Assembly (NCBI RefSeq): GCF_009914755.1
Contig: NC_060927.1
Strand: one strand, 5' to 3'
DNA from: the human T2T-CHM13v2.0 reference genome, Homo sapiens
DNA: 64,000 bases
Shown: piece by piece, positions 33,603-50,030 of the stretch
Position numbering within the stretch: the stretch's first letter is position 1
Layout: each line of letters begins with the position of its first letter
The notes under the pieces: generated by a model
The model's input: only the letters and a program-made list of their open reading frames with translations
Database searches by the model: none
Told to the model about the DNA's origin: nothing
Made by a program: the position numbers and the translations under genes

Positions 33603-34585
33603 CAGTGCTATCTAATGGAAATAGAAAGCAAGCCACAAGTGTGGGCTGCATACGTAGTTTTCAGATTTGTAATAGACACATTAAAAAAGCAAAAAGAGGC
33701 CGGGCATGGTGGCTCGTGCCTATAATTCCAGCACTTTGGGAAGCTGAGGCAGGAGGATCACTTGAGCCCAGGAGTTAGAGACCAGCCTGGGCAACACCCT
33801 GTCTCTATTGTTATTTTTATAAAATTTAATTGTTTAAAAAATACGGGAAGTAAAAAGAAACAGATGAAATTAATTTAAACAACATAGAACTACACAGGGG
33901 TTAAGGGCACTAGCTCCCTGTGCAGTTGAAAGTCCATGTATATTTTCTGAAAGTAGACTCTGAAAAATAAGAAAAAGAAAGAAAATCCACGTATAACTTT
34001 TGACGGTCCCTAAACTTAATACGAATATCCTGTTAACCAGAAGCCTTACTGATAACATAAAAAACTGATGAACACATATTTTATATGTTATGTGTTTTAT
34101 ATACTGTATTCTTGTAATAAAGTAAGCTAGGGAAAAGAATGTTAGGAAAATCATAAGAAAGAGAAAATGTATTTATTATTTAGTAAGTGGAAGTGGATCC
34201 TCATAAAGGTCTTCATCCTCATCATCTTCACATTGAGCAGGCTGAGGAGGAGGAAGAGGAGGGATTGGGTTTGTTTCAGGAATGGCAGAGGTAGAAGGAG
34301 GGCGAGGGGGAGGCAGGAGAGACAGGCACACTTAGTGTAACTTTTATTGAAAAAATCTGCATATAAATGGAACTGTGCTGTTTAAGGATCAACTGTATTT
34401 TATTTAACTCAATATATTCAAAATACTCTTACTTTCTCATGTAATCAATATAAAATTACGAATCATACTTTCTACATTCCTTTTTCCATAAGAAATCTTC
34501 AGTGTGTATTTTTACACTTACAGCACGTCTCATCTGGCCTAGCCACATCTGGCTAGTGGCTGTTGCATTGTGGAGCCCAGTTCTA
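33603..34585 (+). mobile_element. MER33-like hAT-Charlie element containing a FLAM monomer (33698-33810) and a Tigger
   Basis: cagtgctatctaatggaaat...aagtaaaaagaaacagatgaaattaatttaa / tattttatttaactcaatatattc...ggctagtggctg. Confidence 0.7.
33880..34397. mobile_element. Tigger2a (MER28)-like Tc1/mariner fossil
   Basis: aaaatccacgtataacttttgac, taagtggaagtggatcctcataaaggtcttcatcctc, terminal aaggatcaactg-ta. Confidence 0.85.
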
Positions 34586-35145
34586 AGCATTTTACGTATA
34601 TTATTTCATATAGTTCAATAATCACGTGAAAAGTTTATTACAGAACTATCTAATGGTTGAGGAAATGAAGCCCAGAGAGGTTAGGTAACTTGCCTGGGGG
34701 GCACGAAGCTGGAAAGCAACAGAACTGGATCCTGGCCTCTCCCTCCTCTTCCCACTGTGGCCAACTGCCAGCCGACCAGGAAGGGGGCCCGGGGGCAATG
34801 CAGGGGTATCTTATTTCCAAACCATTGTTAAACTTGCTCTTGTGGAGGCAGCTGGCCCTGGGGAAGTAAAGGGAATCCTCCTTTTTAAATGCATATGCGA
34901 AAGTTAAGGGAATCCTTTCACTAGGCGGTAAGCCTCTGTCTAGGGCCGTGGGACCATTAACACCACTCGCCTCGTAGAAGGTGTGTGTCATTCAAGGTGA
35001 TAATGCATAGGAACAGCTCAGCTATGTCAGGGCCAGGCCATTATGGGTGCTGAATAAATGTGTTTCTGTCCCCTATGCTAAGGCAAGACATCCGGGGAAG
35101 AAGTAGGCCCGGATTTGTCGCCTTGAAGGAAGACTACTATAATCT

Positions 35146-35442
<297 letters not shown>

Positions 35443-35575
35443 AAGACTACTATATTCTAATGGAGGGTAAGTGGAGTAGGAGGGCCATGTGCGTGCTCTG
35501 GGGGCAACAAACTTGGTGCTAAACTTGTTTTTCTTGTTTTACTCACAAACATTATGACAGCAGTAAAGATACACT

Positions 35576-35860
35576 TTTATTTATTTATATATTTTTTTAG
35601 AGACAGAGTCCTCCTCTGTTGCCCAGGCTGGAGTGGCTATTGTAGTTCACCAGCCTTGAACTTGTGGGCTTGGGATCCTCCTGTCTCAGCCTCCTGAGTA
35701 GCTGGGACTATAGGCGTGCACTATCACACTGAGCTATTTTAAGAACATTTTTGTAGAGTATGTTGGCCAGACGGATCTTGAACCTCTGGCCTCCAGCATT
35801 CTTCCTGCCTTGGCCTCTCAAAGTGATGGGATTCATAAGCATGAGTCATGGTGCCCAGCC
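35576..35860 (-). mobile_element. AluJ (diverged)
   Basis: Alu body; TSD aagataca. Confidence 0.88.
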
Positions 35861-35969
35861 AAGATACATTTTTAAAATGTATCCTGCCTCCTGACACATT
35901 ACTGTTCGCTTGTAACAATGGTCACTTGTAATCATAGTCTGTTTGCAAAGCAAGCTTTTAATAGAATTA

Positions 35970-36364
<395 letters not shown>

Positions 36365-37009
36365 TTAATGGCTTCATAGGCAATCGATGGACTTCTGGAT
36401 CACAATTTTGCTTATTCCTATGGCTAGATATTTAGGTTGTTCCAAATTTTCTCAGCATTACATTTGATGCTACAGTAGGCACCCACACATTTATGTTTCT
36501 TTTCTGTTTTTCAACTATTGTTGGTTGTTCTGAGGTATTTTCGTAAGGTTTCACTTCTGTTTTCCCAGCCATGAGTGATACATGAGCACAACTGTTTTGC
36601 TATTAATCACCAGCATTGGGTGTGAAAATTTACTCAAAGTTTTGCTAAATTTAACTGGAGTAGAAATGGGCCACGCATTTGTGCGTACTTCCCCAGATGC
36701 TTTTTAGAACAGTGCTTGTGTAACTGACCAGAGTGTCAGGTGAGGCCATCGTTGGCAGAAAGGTGCCTTCCTCGGGAGAAGGTGGGTTACACAGCTTTTC
36801 TTTGCAGATGAATGGTGAGAGCCAAACCCGAAGACCCACAGGTTTCAAGCTGGCCATGTGGCTTCACTAAGTTTGGCCTCAACTTCCCACAGTGGCACAG
36901 AAGCGAGGTAGAACTCAGTGTTCCTACCCGAACCCTGGACATTCTGAAATGTCCACAGCCCGAGGAAAGGGATGACCTGCATGTCACTTTCCGTACCCTC
37001 CACTGCACA

Positions 37010-37400
37010 TAGATCTGTCTCAGGCATTGAATCAGAGGGATGTGTGACTTTGGACAAATTATTTTACCTTTCTCTGCCTCATTTCTTCATCTAAAATCAG
37101 GTGACAGCAATGTCTCCCTGTAATATTGCAGTGGGGATTAAATCTGTTAATACTTGAAAAGTGCTGAGATCAGTGCCTGGCACATAAGTAGTGCTCAATA
37201 ACTGTTGTAAACCTGGGTTTGGATCTCACTTCCATTGCTTTCTGGAGGCCCACTTTGGTCAAATGGCTGACCTTTCTGGACTTCAGCTTCATCTGTAAAA
37301 TGGGATTATGGCATCTACTTCAGCAGCATGTTAGGGGTTTAAGTGAGAAAATGCATTTCACACAGTGTCCTGCACATAAAGGGCCCACCATATATGTAAT
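37010..37400 (+). mobile_element. Two tandem MIR SINEs
   Basis: Two MIR cores (tgtgtgactttggacaaatt..; ttcatctgtaaaatggga). Confidence 0.75.
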
Positions 37401-37415
37401 GAAAAACAAACAAAC

Positions 37416-37829
<414 letters not shown>

Positions 37830-38707
37830 TTATGGTGTATTTTTAAGTCCACATTCTAGGTTTAAGGCCATCTTGAAACAAATGGGAGGCAAATCAACAT
37901 TTTCGTGTGTCTGAAGCTTTTAATGTAATTTTGTTTTGGAGATGAATGAGCTCATAATTCCACAAAGAAGGGATGATATTTCATATACTTATTAGTTTAG
38001 TGATTTCCCTCCCACACTTAGTGTCAAACTGTCAGGTTTATGGAAGCTATCAAATGTTTCTTTATGCTCAGCAGCACAGATCAAAGTTGTCTACATGATA
38101 AGGTAAAAAACATATTCTTTAGGAAATGCAAAGAAATGACCCAAAAGACCCTTGAGCACAGCTCATTCCTCTCCCTGGTCTGTCCAACTTTCCCTCAGGA
38201 AAAGTCAATGTAGTCATTATGTCTGGAAAATGCCAAGGACTTCTTTCCCTCATTTTTTACGTGGCCTTGCACTCTGTGAGGCATTGCCTGGGAGGTTCAT
38301 TGTGGCTTTCTTGCCGCTAAGCATCTCCTCTCTGCCAACATCTCATCAATTCCTGTCTGTGCCAATTACCTTTGCTTAGGATTTGGGGTGAGGAAAGTTC
38401 TGTGATTTGTCTGTTTCTGTTTCTGGGTAAAATCTCAACTCTGGGCGTATCAGCAGAAAGGGTTCTGAAATGTCCCTTGATTCAGATGATTCTGAATCAA
38501 TAGCATGTATGTGTGTGTGCATAATTACCCTTACCCAGAAAATTCTCCATTATAATTCTTTAAAAGCACAGGTTCACAAATTATTAGAAAGTATATTTTG
38601 TATACTATTTACGGTAGCAAAATATCAAATGCAAGAAGCAAGTTTAATTAAAGATAGGCAAGACATTTTACTGAAGAATATAAAACATTAGTAAGAGAAA
38701 TAAAACA

Positions 38708-39201
38708 ATGGCTTATGCAATTATGGAAACTGACAATTACCAAGATCTGCGACTGGCAAGGTGGAGGCCCAGGAGCAGCAATGGTGCAGTTCCAGTCTGA
38801 GTCCAAAGGCCTGAGAACCAGGGAAAGCCAATGGCGTAGTTCTAGTGCAAATGCCAGTTGGCCTAAGTCCTTTCAGTTTGAGTCCAAAGGCAGGGGGAAA
38901 AAAACCCCAAAACCAAACCAAACCAAAACAACAACAGCAAAAACAATGCCCCAGCTCAAGGCAGTCAGACAGGAGGAGCTCCCTCTTACCTGTGGGAAGG
39001 TCAGCCTGTTTTACTGTATTCAGGCCTTTAACCGATTGGATAAGGCCCACCGTTAGAGAGGGGGCAATCTGCTGTACTCAGCCTGCTGATTCCAGTGCTA
39101 ATTTTATCCAAAACAACCTCATTGAAACACCCAGAATATTTGATTAAATATCTGGGTACTCTGTGGCGCAGTCCAGTTGACACATAAAATCAGCCATCAC
39201 C
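38708..39201 (-). mobile_element. MLT2 (ERVL) LTR
   Basis: cagtctgagtccaaaggcctgagaacc, gattggataaggcccacc, agttgacacataaaatcagccatcac end. Confidence 0.8.
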
Positions 39202-39674
39202 ATCAATTTGGGGGAAAATTGACATTTTAACAAAATTGAATCTTTCAGTTGATCAGCATGGTATATATCCTCCATTTATTTAGATCTTTTATTGCTCTCA
39301 CTAGTGTTTTGTAGTTTTCAGTAAAAAGTCTTGCCTATCTTTAATTAAATTTGCTTCTTGGCATTGGATACTTTGCTACTGTAAACAGTATATAAGATAT
39401 ATTTTCCAATGATTTGTGAAATTTTGCTTTTGAAGAATTATAATGGAGAATTTTTAGGAGAAGGATAATTGAAAATCCGTCAGACAGCAGTGAAGTTTAG
39501 GAACTACCATTCTGGACATAACCATACATCATTAATAAAATATTCCTTACATCCCTATGCTACTTTATTATTGCCAAAACATTTTTTTTTCCTTTGGTCC
39601 TCGTAAGGGTTCTTAGAAAGAGACAGAAGAGCTATTATTTCTACTTTCATACAAGGAAATGTGGCCTCAGGGAT

Positions 39675-40072
39675 TGATGTGGTTTGAATATATGTCCCCA
39701 CCAAATCTCATGTTGAAATGTAACCCCCAGTGCTGGAGGTGGGGCCTGCTGGGAGGTGTTTGGGTCATGGGGGTGGATCTTTCATGGCTTGGAGCTGTCC
39801 TCACAACAGTGAGTTCTCGTGAGATCTGGTTGTTTCAAAGTGTGTAGCACCTTCCCCACCACTGCCTCTTGCTTTTGCTTTCGCCATGTGATGTGCCTGC
39901 TTCTGCTTCACCTTCCACCATAACTAAAAGCTCCCTGAGGCCTCCCCAGCAAGTGAGCAGATGCTGGCACCATGCTTGTGCAGCCTGCAGAGCTGTGAGC
40001 CAATTAAATCTCCTTTCTCTGTAAATTACCCAATCTCAGGTATTTATAGCAATGGAAGAACAGACTAACACA
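39675..40072 (+). mobile_element. MSTA-like MaLR solo LTR inside a MIR
   Basis: TGATGTGGTTTG...GACTAACACA; TSD gggat/gggag. Confidence 0.88.
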
Positions 40073-40905
40073 GGGAGACTATCTGAAAGTCCTATGACTA
40101 GCAAGTGGCAGAGCCAGCCCCAGAGCCCAGGACTTTTCCTAAGAGAGAGGTCCTGCTTCTGATACCAAAGTTTTTCTATAGAAAGATGGCCTTTTATAAG
40201 CATTACTGAGAAGATACCTCCAGGTGCCCAGGAAGAATCTCCTGCTTGTAGCCTCCATAGGCAGTGTAGGAGGAAGGGAAGAAAACAGCAGAGTGGACCA
40301 AGGTAGCAATATGTAATACACTAGAGTCGGGAGCGAGAATGATGTCCTGTTAGCTTATACGGCACTTTCGTGCTATTAAGAAAGGATGCCCTTTCAGCCA
40401 GTACCAGATGCCATTATGCAGTGAACAACTTGTACAGTCATATGTGACATCCCAGAGAGAAAACAACAAATACAGAAACCTTACTTATTCAGGAATTAAT
40501 TATTGATGAGGAAGCTAAATTGGTGTTTCTTTCCTTTAGAGAAATTGATTGAAAATACTTCAAGATGATTCAAAGCTAAAAGAGAAGAAATCATCTTTCT
40601 TTCTTCTCCCTTTTACAACCTTTCTATCTTCTATCCTTTCTCTTTCTCCTCTTCTTCCTTTCATTACTCAGCACTTATTGAGTGCCAGGGCATGAAAATG
40701 CAGAGATAAATGAGGTGGCATCTCTCCCTAGGAGCTTCTAAGTCTTACAAACGTTTTTGACTGCCACCATCAATAAGAAGTACATTTTATGGTATTGCAG
40801 TTTTTTTTTTAGGTCTTTCTTTTTTAAGGTTTTTATATATTGAAACATTTATTAATGAAATGATGAGTTCAGGATTTGTTTCAAAATCTAGGGATATAGG
40901 CGTAA

Positions 40906-41311
<406 letters not shown>

Positions 41312-41489
41312 ATCTGTCATCCATCTTTCTAATGATCTATTTGAGACAAAAGTTTCATGAAGCTCTACTTTCTCTTATTACATGCAGTGGATTCTGATAT
41401 TTTAAAATCTTGTTTATTCTCTTTTTAAAAACCTGGTCCTTGTGCCCAAATTGCTTTTGAGATCCACTGATGTAAAATAATACGTATTT

Positions 41490-41960
41490 TGAAAAACACT
41501 GGTGTATCGAGGGAGAGAGGGACCTATAAAATAATTGATTACTGTCAACCAGAAAGTGCTACTAGAATATGGTCAGAGGGCTGTGGGAGCACACAGAAGG
41601 GAAGGACCGACCAACAGGGTCCTGGGGAGTCTGGGAAAGCCCTTCAGTAACTTGCATGGAAGAGGAGACATAGGCATCTTTGACAAGATGGTGGGGGGAT
41701 ATCTGACCTTGAGGATGAGGGAAGTGGTGCAAGTGGGGTGAGCCAACCTGAGTTCAGTATGGCTGCAATGTGAGGGCTGTTGGGGAGTGGCAGGAAATGA
41801 GGTTACAGATAGCAGCAGCAGCAAAAGTCACTAGTCTTCTGGGACAGCCTAAGGAATTTATATTTTATCTGTGTTTCAGGGAACCATTGGAGGATAAACT
41901 GAGAAATGGCCCAGTTCCATTTGCCTCTTACAGAGATCATTCCGTCGGCTCCTTGTAGAT
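41490..41960 (-). mobile_element. L2 fragment
   Basis: gggctgtgggagcacacagaagg, ctaaggaatttatattttatct, gggaaccattggagg, agagatcattcc. Confidence 0.65.
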
Positions 41961-42259
41961 AGACCAGTCTACCTCTGTGGTCTGATTTAGAACATAAAAC
42001 CTAGACCCAAAGGAGAGCCAGTCTGGAAGCCAGATCTAACCTACCTCATGTAATCATGTCCCCACTCTGCCACATGACTTCTCAGATCTACACAGAACAC
42101 AAATTGGGCTTTTTCAAGTATTTATCAAAACAAAAATTATGGTCACTTTCAGGACATAGGAAGAGGTGAAAATAGAGCCAATTCCCTGTGTGCTCCTTTC
42201 CCCTTTTCCCTGCATAGGGTTCTCTCATCTGTAGAGTTACGGCAACCTGTGAGAGATTC

Positions 42260-42485
42260 ATAGTAATCACCTACAGTGTGGCATTTTTCTAGGTGCTTTA
42301 CAACTATTAACTCACTTAATCTTCATAATAATTCTATGTGGTAAGTATTATTATTATTAATTTCATAGATGAGGAAACTGAGGTAAAAAGAAGTAAGTGA
42401 TTTGTCTAAGGTCACACATCTAGCAATTAGCAGAGCTGGAATTTTGGCAATCTGGCCCCAAAGTCCACTTTTAACCACCATTGTG
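42260..42485 (-). mobile_element. MIR SINE
   Basis: atagatgaggaaactgagg...tttgtctaaggtcacacatctag. Confidence 0.85.
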
Positions 42486-42739
42486 CTTCTTGATTAAGTT
42501 TGATTTCATTCCAGTCATCTCCTTAGACTCAGATGTTTGAACAAAGAGAATCGTGAAAAAAATTTGGCTTTAAGTTTTATTCTCAAGATTGCCAAATCCC
42601 TTTCTTCCCTAATGAGAGGAAGAGGAAAGTTTTCTAGCTGGGAGAAAAAGGATGGCTTCTTAGAAGGAAGTGGTATTTTAGTGGAGTTTTGAAACATGGA
42701 TGAGAAGTAAATTGCTGAGAAGGATGAGTTGCTAGTACA

Positions 42740-44520
42740 GCCAAGATGAAATAATCCAACCACAATCTCTACCAATGTTTACAACAGAAAGCTGAATAGG
42801 ATGCAAAAAACCACATGAAAACTCTGAAAAGTAATAGCAGGCAGGCAGAGTACTGGGTTCAAAACTTGAACAATGACTCACGATGAACATGGATTTGCAG
42901 AACAGTGTGGAAAGCTAAGAGTCCGAGATAACTCCATCTTTCTAACTAGAGGAAGCAGGGGGGAAAAGCCACTGGAAGCCAGAGAGTGTGAGGAAATCCC
43001 TGAGAGGAGAGAGGTGGAAAAAGGGATCCACAAATTGGACTGACAAAAGTCCTGGGCACACTACAAGGTGTGCATGCATGGAACAGACCCAGGAGGCACA
43101 GAAGAGGTTTTGAGAATCTAACTATGATATTAACAACCACCCAAGTCCCAGACAAACTCTTGAATGGAGCATGTGACAGATTGACTCAAATGGCATACCA
43201 AAAGCTTTGAAAACTGATCTGACACTGGAGCTAACACTCATAAAAAGTGAGACAGTACTTTCAGTCTGAACCTAAGTGGATTAATTTCCTGGTAAAACAA
43301 ACAAACAAACAAACATTTTTCAGATGATTTTTAACAGGATTCAGAGTCTCACAGCATATTAAAAAATCCAGGATACAATTCAAATTTACTCAATATCAAA
43401 ACAACCTGGAAAATCTAAACAGTACTCAAAGGAAAAGACAATTCAATAGGCAGTAACACTGAAATGACTTAGATCGTGAAATTATTAGACAAATAAAGTA
43501 GGTATGACCATTCTCCACTCTTGAAATTAGAAAGTTCTTGAAATTAGGAAAGATAGAAGTTCTCAGCAGAGAACTAGAAACTGCAGAATAATCAGATAGA
43601 AATTTTAGACCTGAAAAGATGATATGGGCCCAGTAGCGGAATAAATATAACAGAGAAAAGAGTCAGTGAACCTGAAGGTAGATCAATAGAAAGTATACAC
43701 AATGAAATATACATTATGAAACAAAAAAAATTGGAGAAAAATGAAAAGCCTTTCATGGTACTGTGGGACAATGTCAAAAGGCTGAAACTTCTTGGTATTG
43801 GCATTCCATCTCAGAAGGTAAAAAGAAAAATACTGGTGCAGAAAAAAATATTTGGAGAAAGAGTGGCTGAAATAGTTTCAAATTTAAAGAAAAACGTATC
43901 TTCACAAATTGAAGAATCTCAGTAATTTCAAACAGGATACATTTAATAACAACTCCTCAGCCACCTCATAAGAAAACTTCTAAAAACCAAGGATTAAAAA
44001 ACATTAAGAGCATTAAAATATGACACATTATACGTAAGAAAAGGGAAGGAAGAAAAGAGAAGAAAGGAAGGACTCAAGAAAGAGAGAAAGAAAGAAAAAA
44101 GAGAAAAGGAAAGGAAGGAAGGAAGGAAGGAAGAAACCTATTCGAATGACTGTCCATTTCTCATCCAAAACCATGGTGGCCAAAGACGAAGACAGTGAAA
44201 CCCCGTCTTTAGAATGCTGGAAGAACAAAAAAACTATCCACCCAGAATTTTATATCCAGAAAAAATATTCTTTGGGAGTGAAAGCAAAATAGAGATATTT
44301 TCAGGTGATGGAAAACCAAGAGGCTTCATTTCCAGGAGCTCTCCTCTTAAAGAAATACTAATGGAAGTTTTTCAACCTGAAGGGAAGCTGTACTAGAGGA
44401 AAAGTTAAAACTTGAGGAACAAAAGAAGAGCAGGAGAAATAATAAATATCTAATACATTCCCCTTGATAAAAATACACACAAACATAAATCTCATGACAT
44501 GGGTAACTACAAACTACTGG
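42740..44520 (+). mobile_element. Old L1 5' region with decayed ORF1
   Basis: ORF pieces LWDNVKRLKLLGIGIP and NYPPRILYPEKIFFGSESKIEIF..PLKEIL resemble L1 ORF1p (IWDYVKRPNLRLIGVP; NFQPRISYPAKLSF); interrupted by stops and (GGAA)n at 44036-44135. Confidence 0.85.
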
Positions 44521-44617
44521 CGATATTTTAGATTTATTTCCTTTAAGTCTTTTTTTTCTGTGAATATGCGTTTCTCTTTTTCTTTTTTGGTTTTTCTCTC
44601 TCTGTCTCTTCCTTTCA

Positions 44618-44807
44618 TGTGGACATTTCATAACATATTTAAATATTCCTTTTTGTTGGGATTTGAGGTTGTTTCAGGTTATGCATGGACTGAAGTCAAA
44701 CTACAGTCTTTGGCAGCATTTCTGATAATTCTTTTTTGGAGATAGAATTACTGAATTAAAAGAAGATGGACATTTTTAATGCTTTGATTCTATTTGTGAA
44801 ATTGCCC
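44618..44807 (+). repeat. Copy 1 of ~190-bp local direct duplication (old L1-derived)
   Basis: Aligns with 45768-45982 (tgtggacatttcataac...catttttaatgctttgat). Confidence 0.85.
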
Positions 44808-45223
44808 ACCCTCCCTCCCTTCTTTTCTTCTTTGCTTCCTTACCTCCCCTCTTTCTTCCTCCCTTTTTCTTTCAACTAAGATTATGTAGTATATAGTTTT
44901 ATAATATTCTTTATTTATTCAATCTATATTGTGAGCATTTTCCTGTTTTGTTAAAAAGTCAATAATTAAAAAAACTTTTAAGTTTTTAAATTATTTTTAA
45001 TGGTACTATGGTCGTATTTTTTTAAAGGTACGTAATTACATGTTTATGGATGGAATGATATGTCTGGGATTTACTTAAAATACTTAGGGATAGGTGGCTA
45101 TGAATAAAACATTATTGACCCTGAATTGATAATTGTTGATGCTAGGTAACGGATACATGGTGGTTCATTATTGCTACTTTCTATAGTTTTCTATGAGTGC
45201 AATTTTTTATTTTAAAACTTTAT

Positions 45224-45390
45224 CTGAGTGTGGTGGTGTGTGCCTGTAGTCCTAGCTACTTGGGAGGCTGAGGAGGGAGGATGGCCTGAGCCCAGGAGCT
45301 CAAGGCTGCAGTGAGCTATCACTGTGCCACTGTCCTCCAGCCTGGGTGACAGAGTGAGACCCGGTCTCTAAAAATAAGTAAGTGAATAAA
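45224..45390 (+). mobile_element. Alu right monomer (FRAM/AluJ-like)
   Basis: gtggtggtgtgtgcctgtagtcctagctact...gagacccggtctct. Confidence 0.85.
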
Positions 45391-45459
45391 TGTTTTAAAA
45401 GTAAAAACTGTAAGAAATGTTTATGAATTTATTTTTAATTGTTCAATCGTGACCCATTG

Positions 45460-45982
<523 letters not shown>

Positions 45983-46204
45983 TTCAGAGAAGACGTTCCA
46001 TGTTATTTTTCCATGAGTTACTTAAAAGTGACCTTGTCAGCTCTATTGTAATTTTTTAGTCTATTAATTTGGTGGGGGAAAGTGTATGTTATTATTTTAA
46101 TTGAATTTCTTTTATTTCCAGTGACACTGAATCCCCAGCCTGTCACTGAATTGGTTCCCACCCGTTTAGGGAGGAGGCAGAGACAAGAGTAGAAGAAAAA
46201 TGAG

Positions 46205-47160
<956 letters not shown>

Positions 47161-47436
47161 TGACCCTTAGATTTTTTACTGAAGAAATCAGTGCAATCAT
47201 GAACTGTGAAGTAATAGACATTTATAGAGAAAATGCCTGGGGTGCAATGGTCATTCTGAAAATGGTAGCTTTTGTTGTCCTTGGGAAGCTGAGGCTCAGG
47301 ATGTGAAACAACCTTCTGCTCTTTTTCAGAGGCGGCAAGGAGCTCAGAGCTGGGTTCCTTCACACAGGGAAGGCCCCTTGCAGGAACTGCTGCTGGTATC
47401 TGCGTCATTAATTCTTTACCTTTTATTCTTCCAGGC

Positions 47437-47490
47437 TCCTGTAACCATTTATCCTTTTAACTTTTTTACCTATTTTATTTCTGTAAAATT
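47437..47490 (+). repeat. Exact 54-bp copy of LTR segment 46584-46637
   Basis: tcctgtaaccatttatccttttaacttttttacctattttatttctgtaaaatt is identical in both places. Confidence 0.95.
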
Positions 47491-47889
47491 TTATTTCTGT
47501 ATCTTCCATGCCCTGCTGGGCATGAAGGCAGCTATCACAGGCCAGGAAATTCATGTTAGGGAATTGGGTCATCTTAGGGAACTAATTCAAATTGCTAATG
47601 GTATTTATTTGATTCAGTGGAAATGCACCTTGCAGTACTTGATTCGGAGGACTGGGTTGAATTTCGGGAGGGTTTGTTTGACATTGTCTCATCTTACTCT
47701 CTGGAGCAGGATTCAGACCTGGAACGCTCTCTTTCCAGGGCAACCTAGCCAAGCTATGGTCTCTGCCTCAATTTATTGCCCTTTCCCCAGGACTCACATC
47801 TTCCTCCCCACTCACTGTTTGCCCAGGCTCCGGTCATCTATGTTAGTCGTGCTCTTGCTACACATCTGCCACCTCTTTCAGAAGGTTGA

Positions 47890-48292
<403 letters not shown>

Positions 48293-48989
48293 GCACTTTT
48301 TAAGGTTATTTGAACACCGAGCAATTAGTGCTTCTGGGCCCAGGCTCACAGATGAGGCCAGAAAACCCCACCACACTCTCTCAGTCCTGAGCAAGGGTGC
48401 TGCTGATCGGGCACAGAGCCATTTCTCCTGAAATCAAGACTGGGTGCCAGGCCGTAGGGCTGCCAGCCTGCCCGTGATTTCTCTCTGGGACCATCTCAGT
48501 GATTTCCTGTTTTCTTCCCCTGAGCACATTCAGTGCAAGAGGTCTAAGCATGAGGGTGGGAGGTGCGGTGAGTTTGGCCTGTTTTCCAAATGGAGGGGAA
48601 ATCCAGGGAAGTCAGCAGGCTTCACTGTGAGTCGTCGGGTCTACCAGCGTTTCCTATGTCAGGCCGTGAGCACCTGCTCTGTGGAAATGAAAGCAAATCT
48701 TCTCCACCAGGCAGGGGCTGCAGAGGGCTGGCAGGGGTGAGGTGGAAGGGCTCAGGGAGAATTTAACAATGTTGTGTTTTCATCTTGATGATCACACAAA
48801 AATGATTCTGTACCAGTCACGAAGACTTCAATTCATAATGGAGGAGACCTTTAGCGTCTTAAGTGTTTCTTGAACACTGTTTCTTTTTCCTCTTTAAAAT
48901 GGGAGCTGACTTAATCTGTAAGCCTTATTTCTTATGGCTCTATAGAAGTGATGAAATAACAGCACTGTCTGGAGAGACTTAAAATAACA

Positions 48990-49200
48990 AACATTTCCTC
49001 TGCACAGTTTAAAGCCTTCTCCCATCTATTACTTCCCCTGTGCTTTCCCATAACTCTGTGAAATAGGGACTATTAAGCCCTTTTTTCACATGAGGAAACA
49101 GAGACTCAGAGAAGATAAGTGACTTTTCTGAGGACACACAGTGATTTGGTTGGAGAGCTGGAGGACCTCACATCTGTGCCCTGGTTTCAGGCTTTTTCTA
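48990..49200 (-). mobile_element. MIR SINE
   Basis: cacatgaggaaacagagactcagagaagataagtgact. Confidence 0.8.
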
Positions 49201-49317
49201 TTAGTTCAGTCTTCACAGTGACACACCCTTGACCCTGCCTCCCACGAGGGTCCCACGTTCCTATTCTCTTTGCTGTGTAGCAGTGTTTGAAATAGCTAAC
49301 ACTAAAAGTGGCAACTA

Positions 49318-49651
<334 letters not shown>

Positions 49652-49814
49652 TCAAGGTCTCGTGTTTAGCCAAAGATAAATACTGATTCATGACACTCCG
49701 GAAAATTTCATCTCATCCTTGAAAATGAAGACTTTTCACACCCAACAGCGGTCAAGCCGGGCCTCAGCCTTCTGACCCTCCTCCCCTGCTTCCTGGCAGG
49801 TACAGGTTTGCCAG

Positions 49815-50030
49815 CTCTCATTTATTAAGCACCTGGCATGTGCCAGGCACTGCACAATCCTTACTTCTAACCCTCACTGCAGTCCTGTGAAGTAGGTGCT
49901 TTTGCACACATTTTACAGATGAGGAAACTGAGACCCCGACTGTCATGTAATTTGCCTAAAATTGCATGCTGATTAATAATAAAGCCGGGATCCAAATCTA
50001 GATTTGTCTGACTCCAAGTCTTGGTGCAAA
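49815..50030 (-). mobile_element. MIR SINE
   Basis: cattttacagatgaggaaactgaga core. Confidence 0.85.

Noticed and set aside
43716-44396. Protein-like ORFs
   Set aside because: Decayed L1 ORF1, not a host gene.
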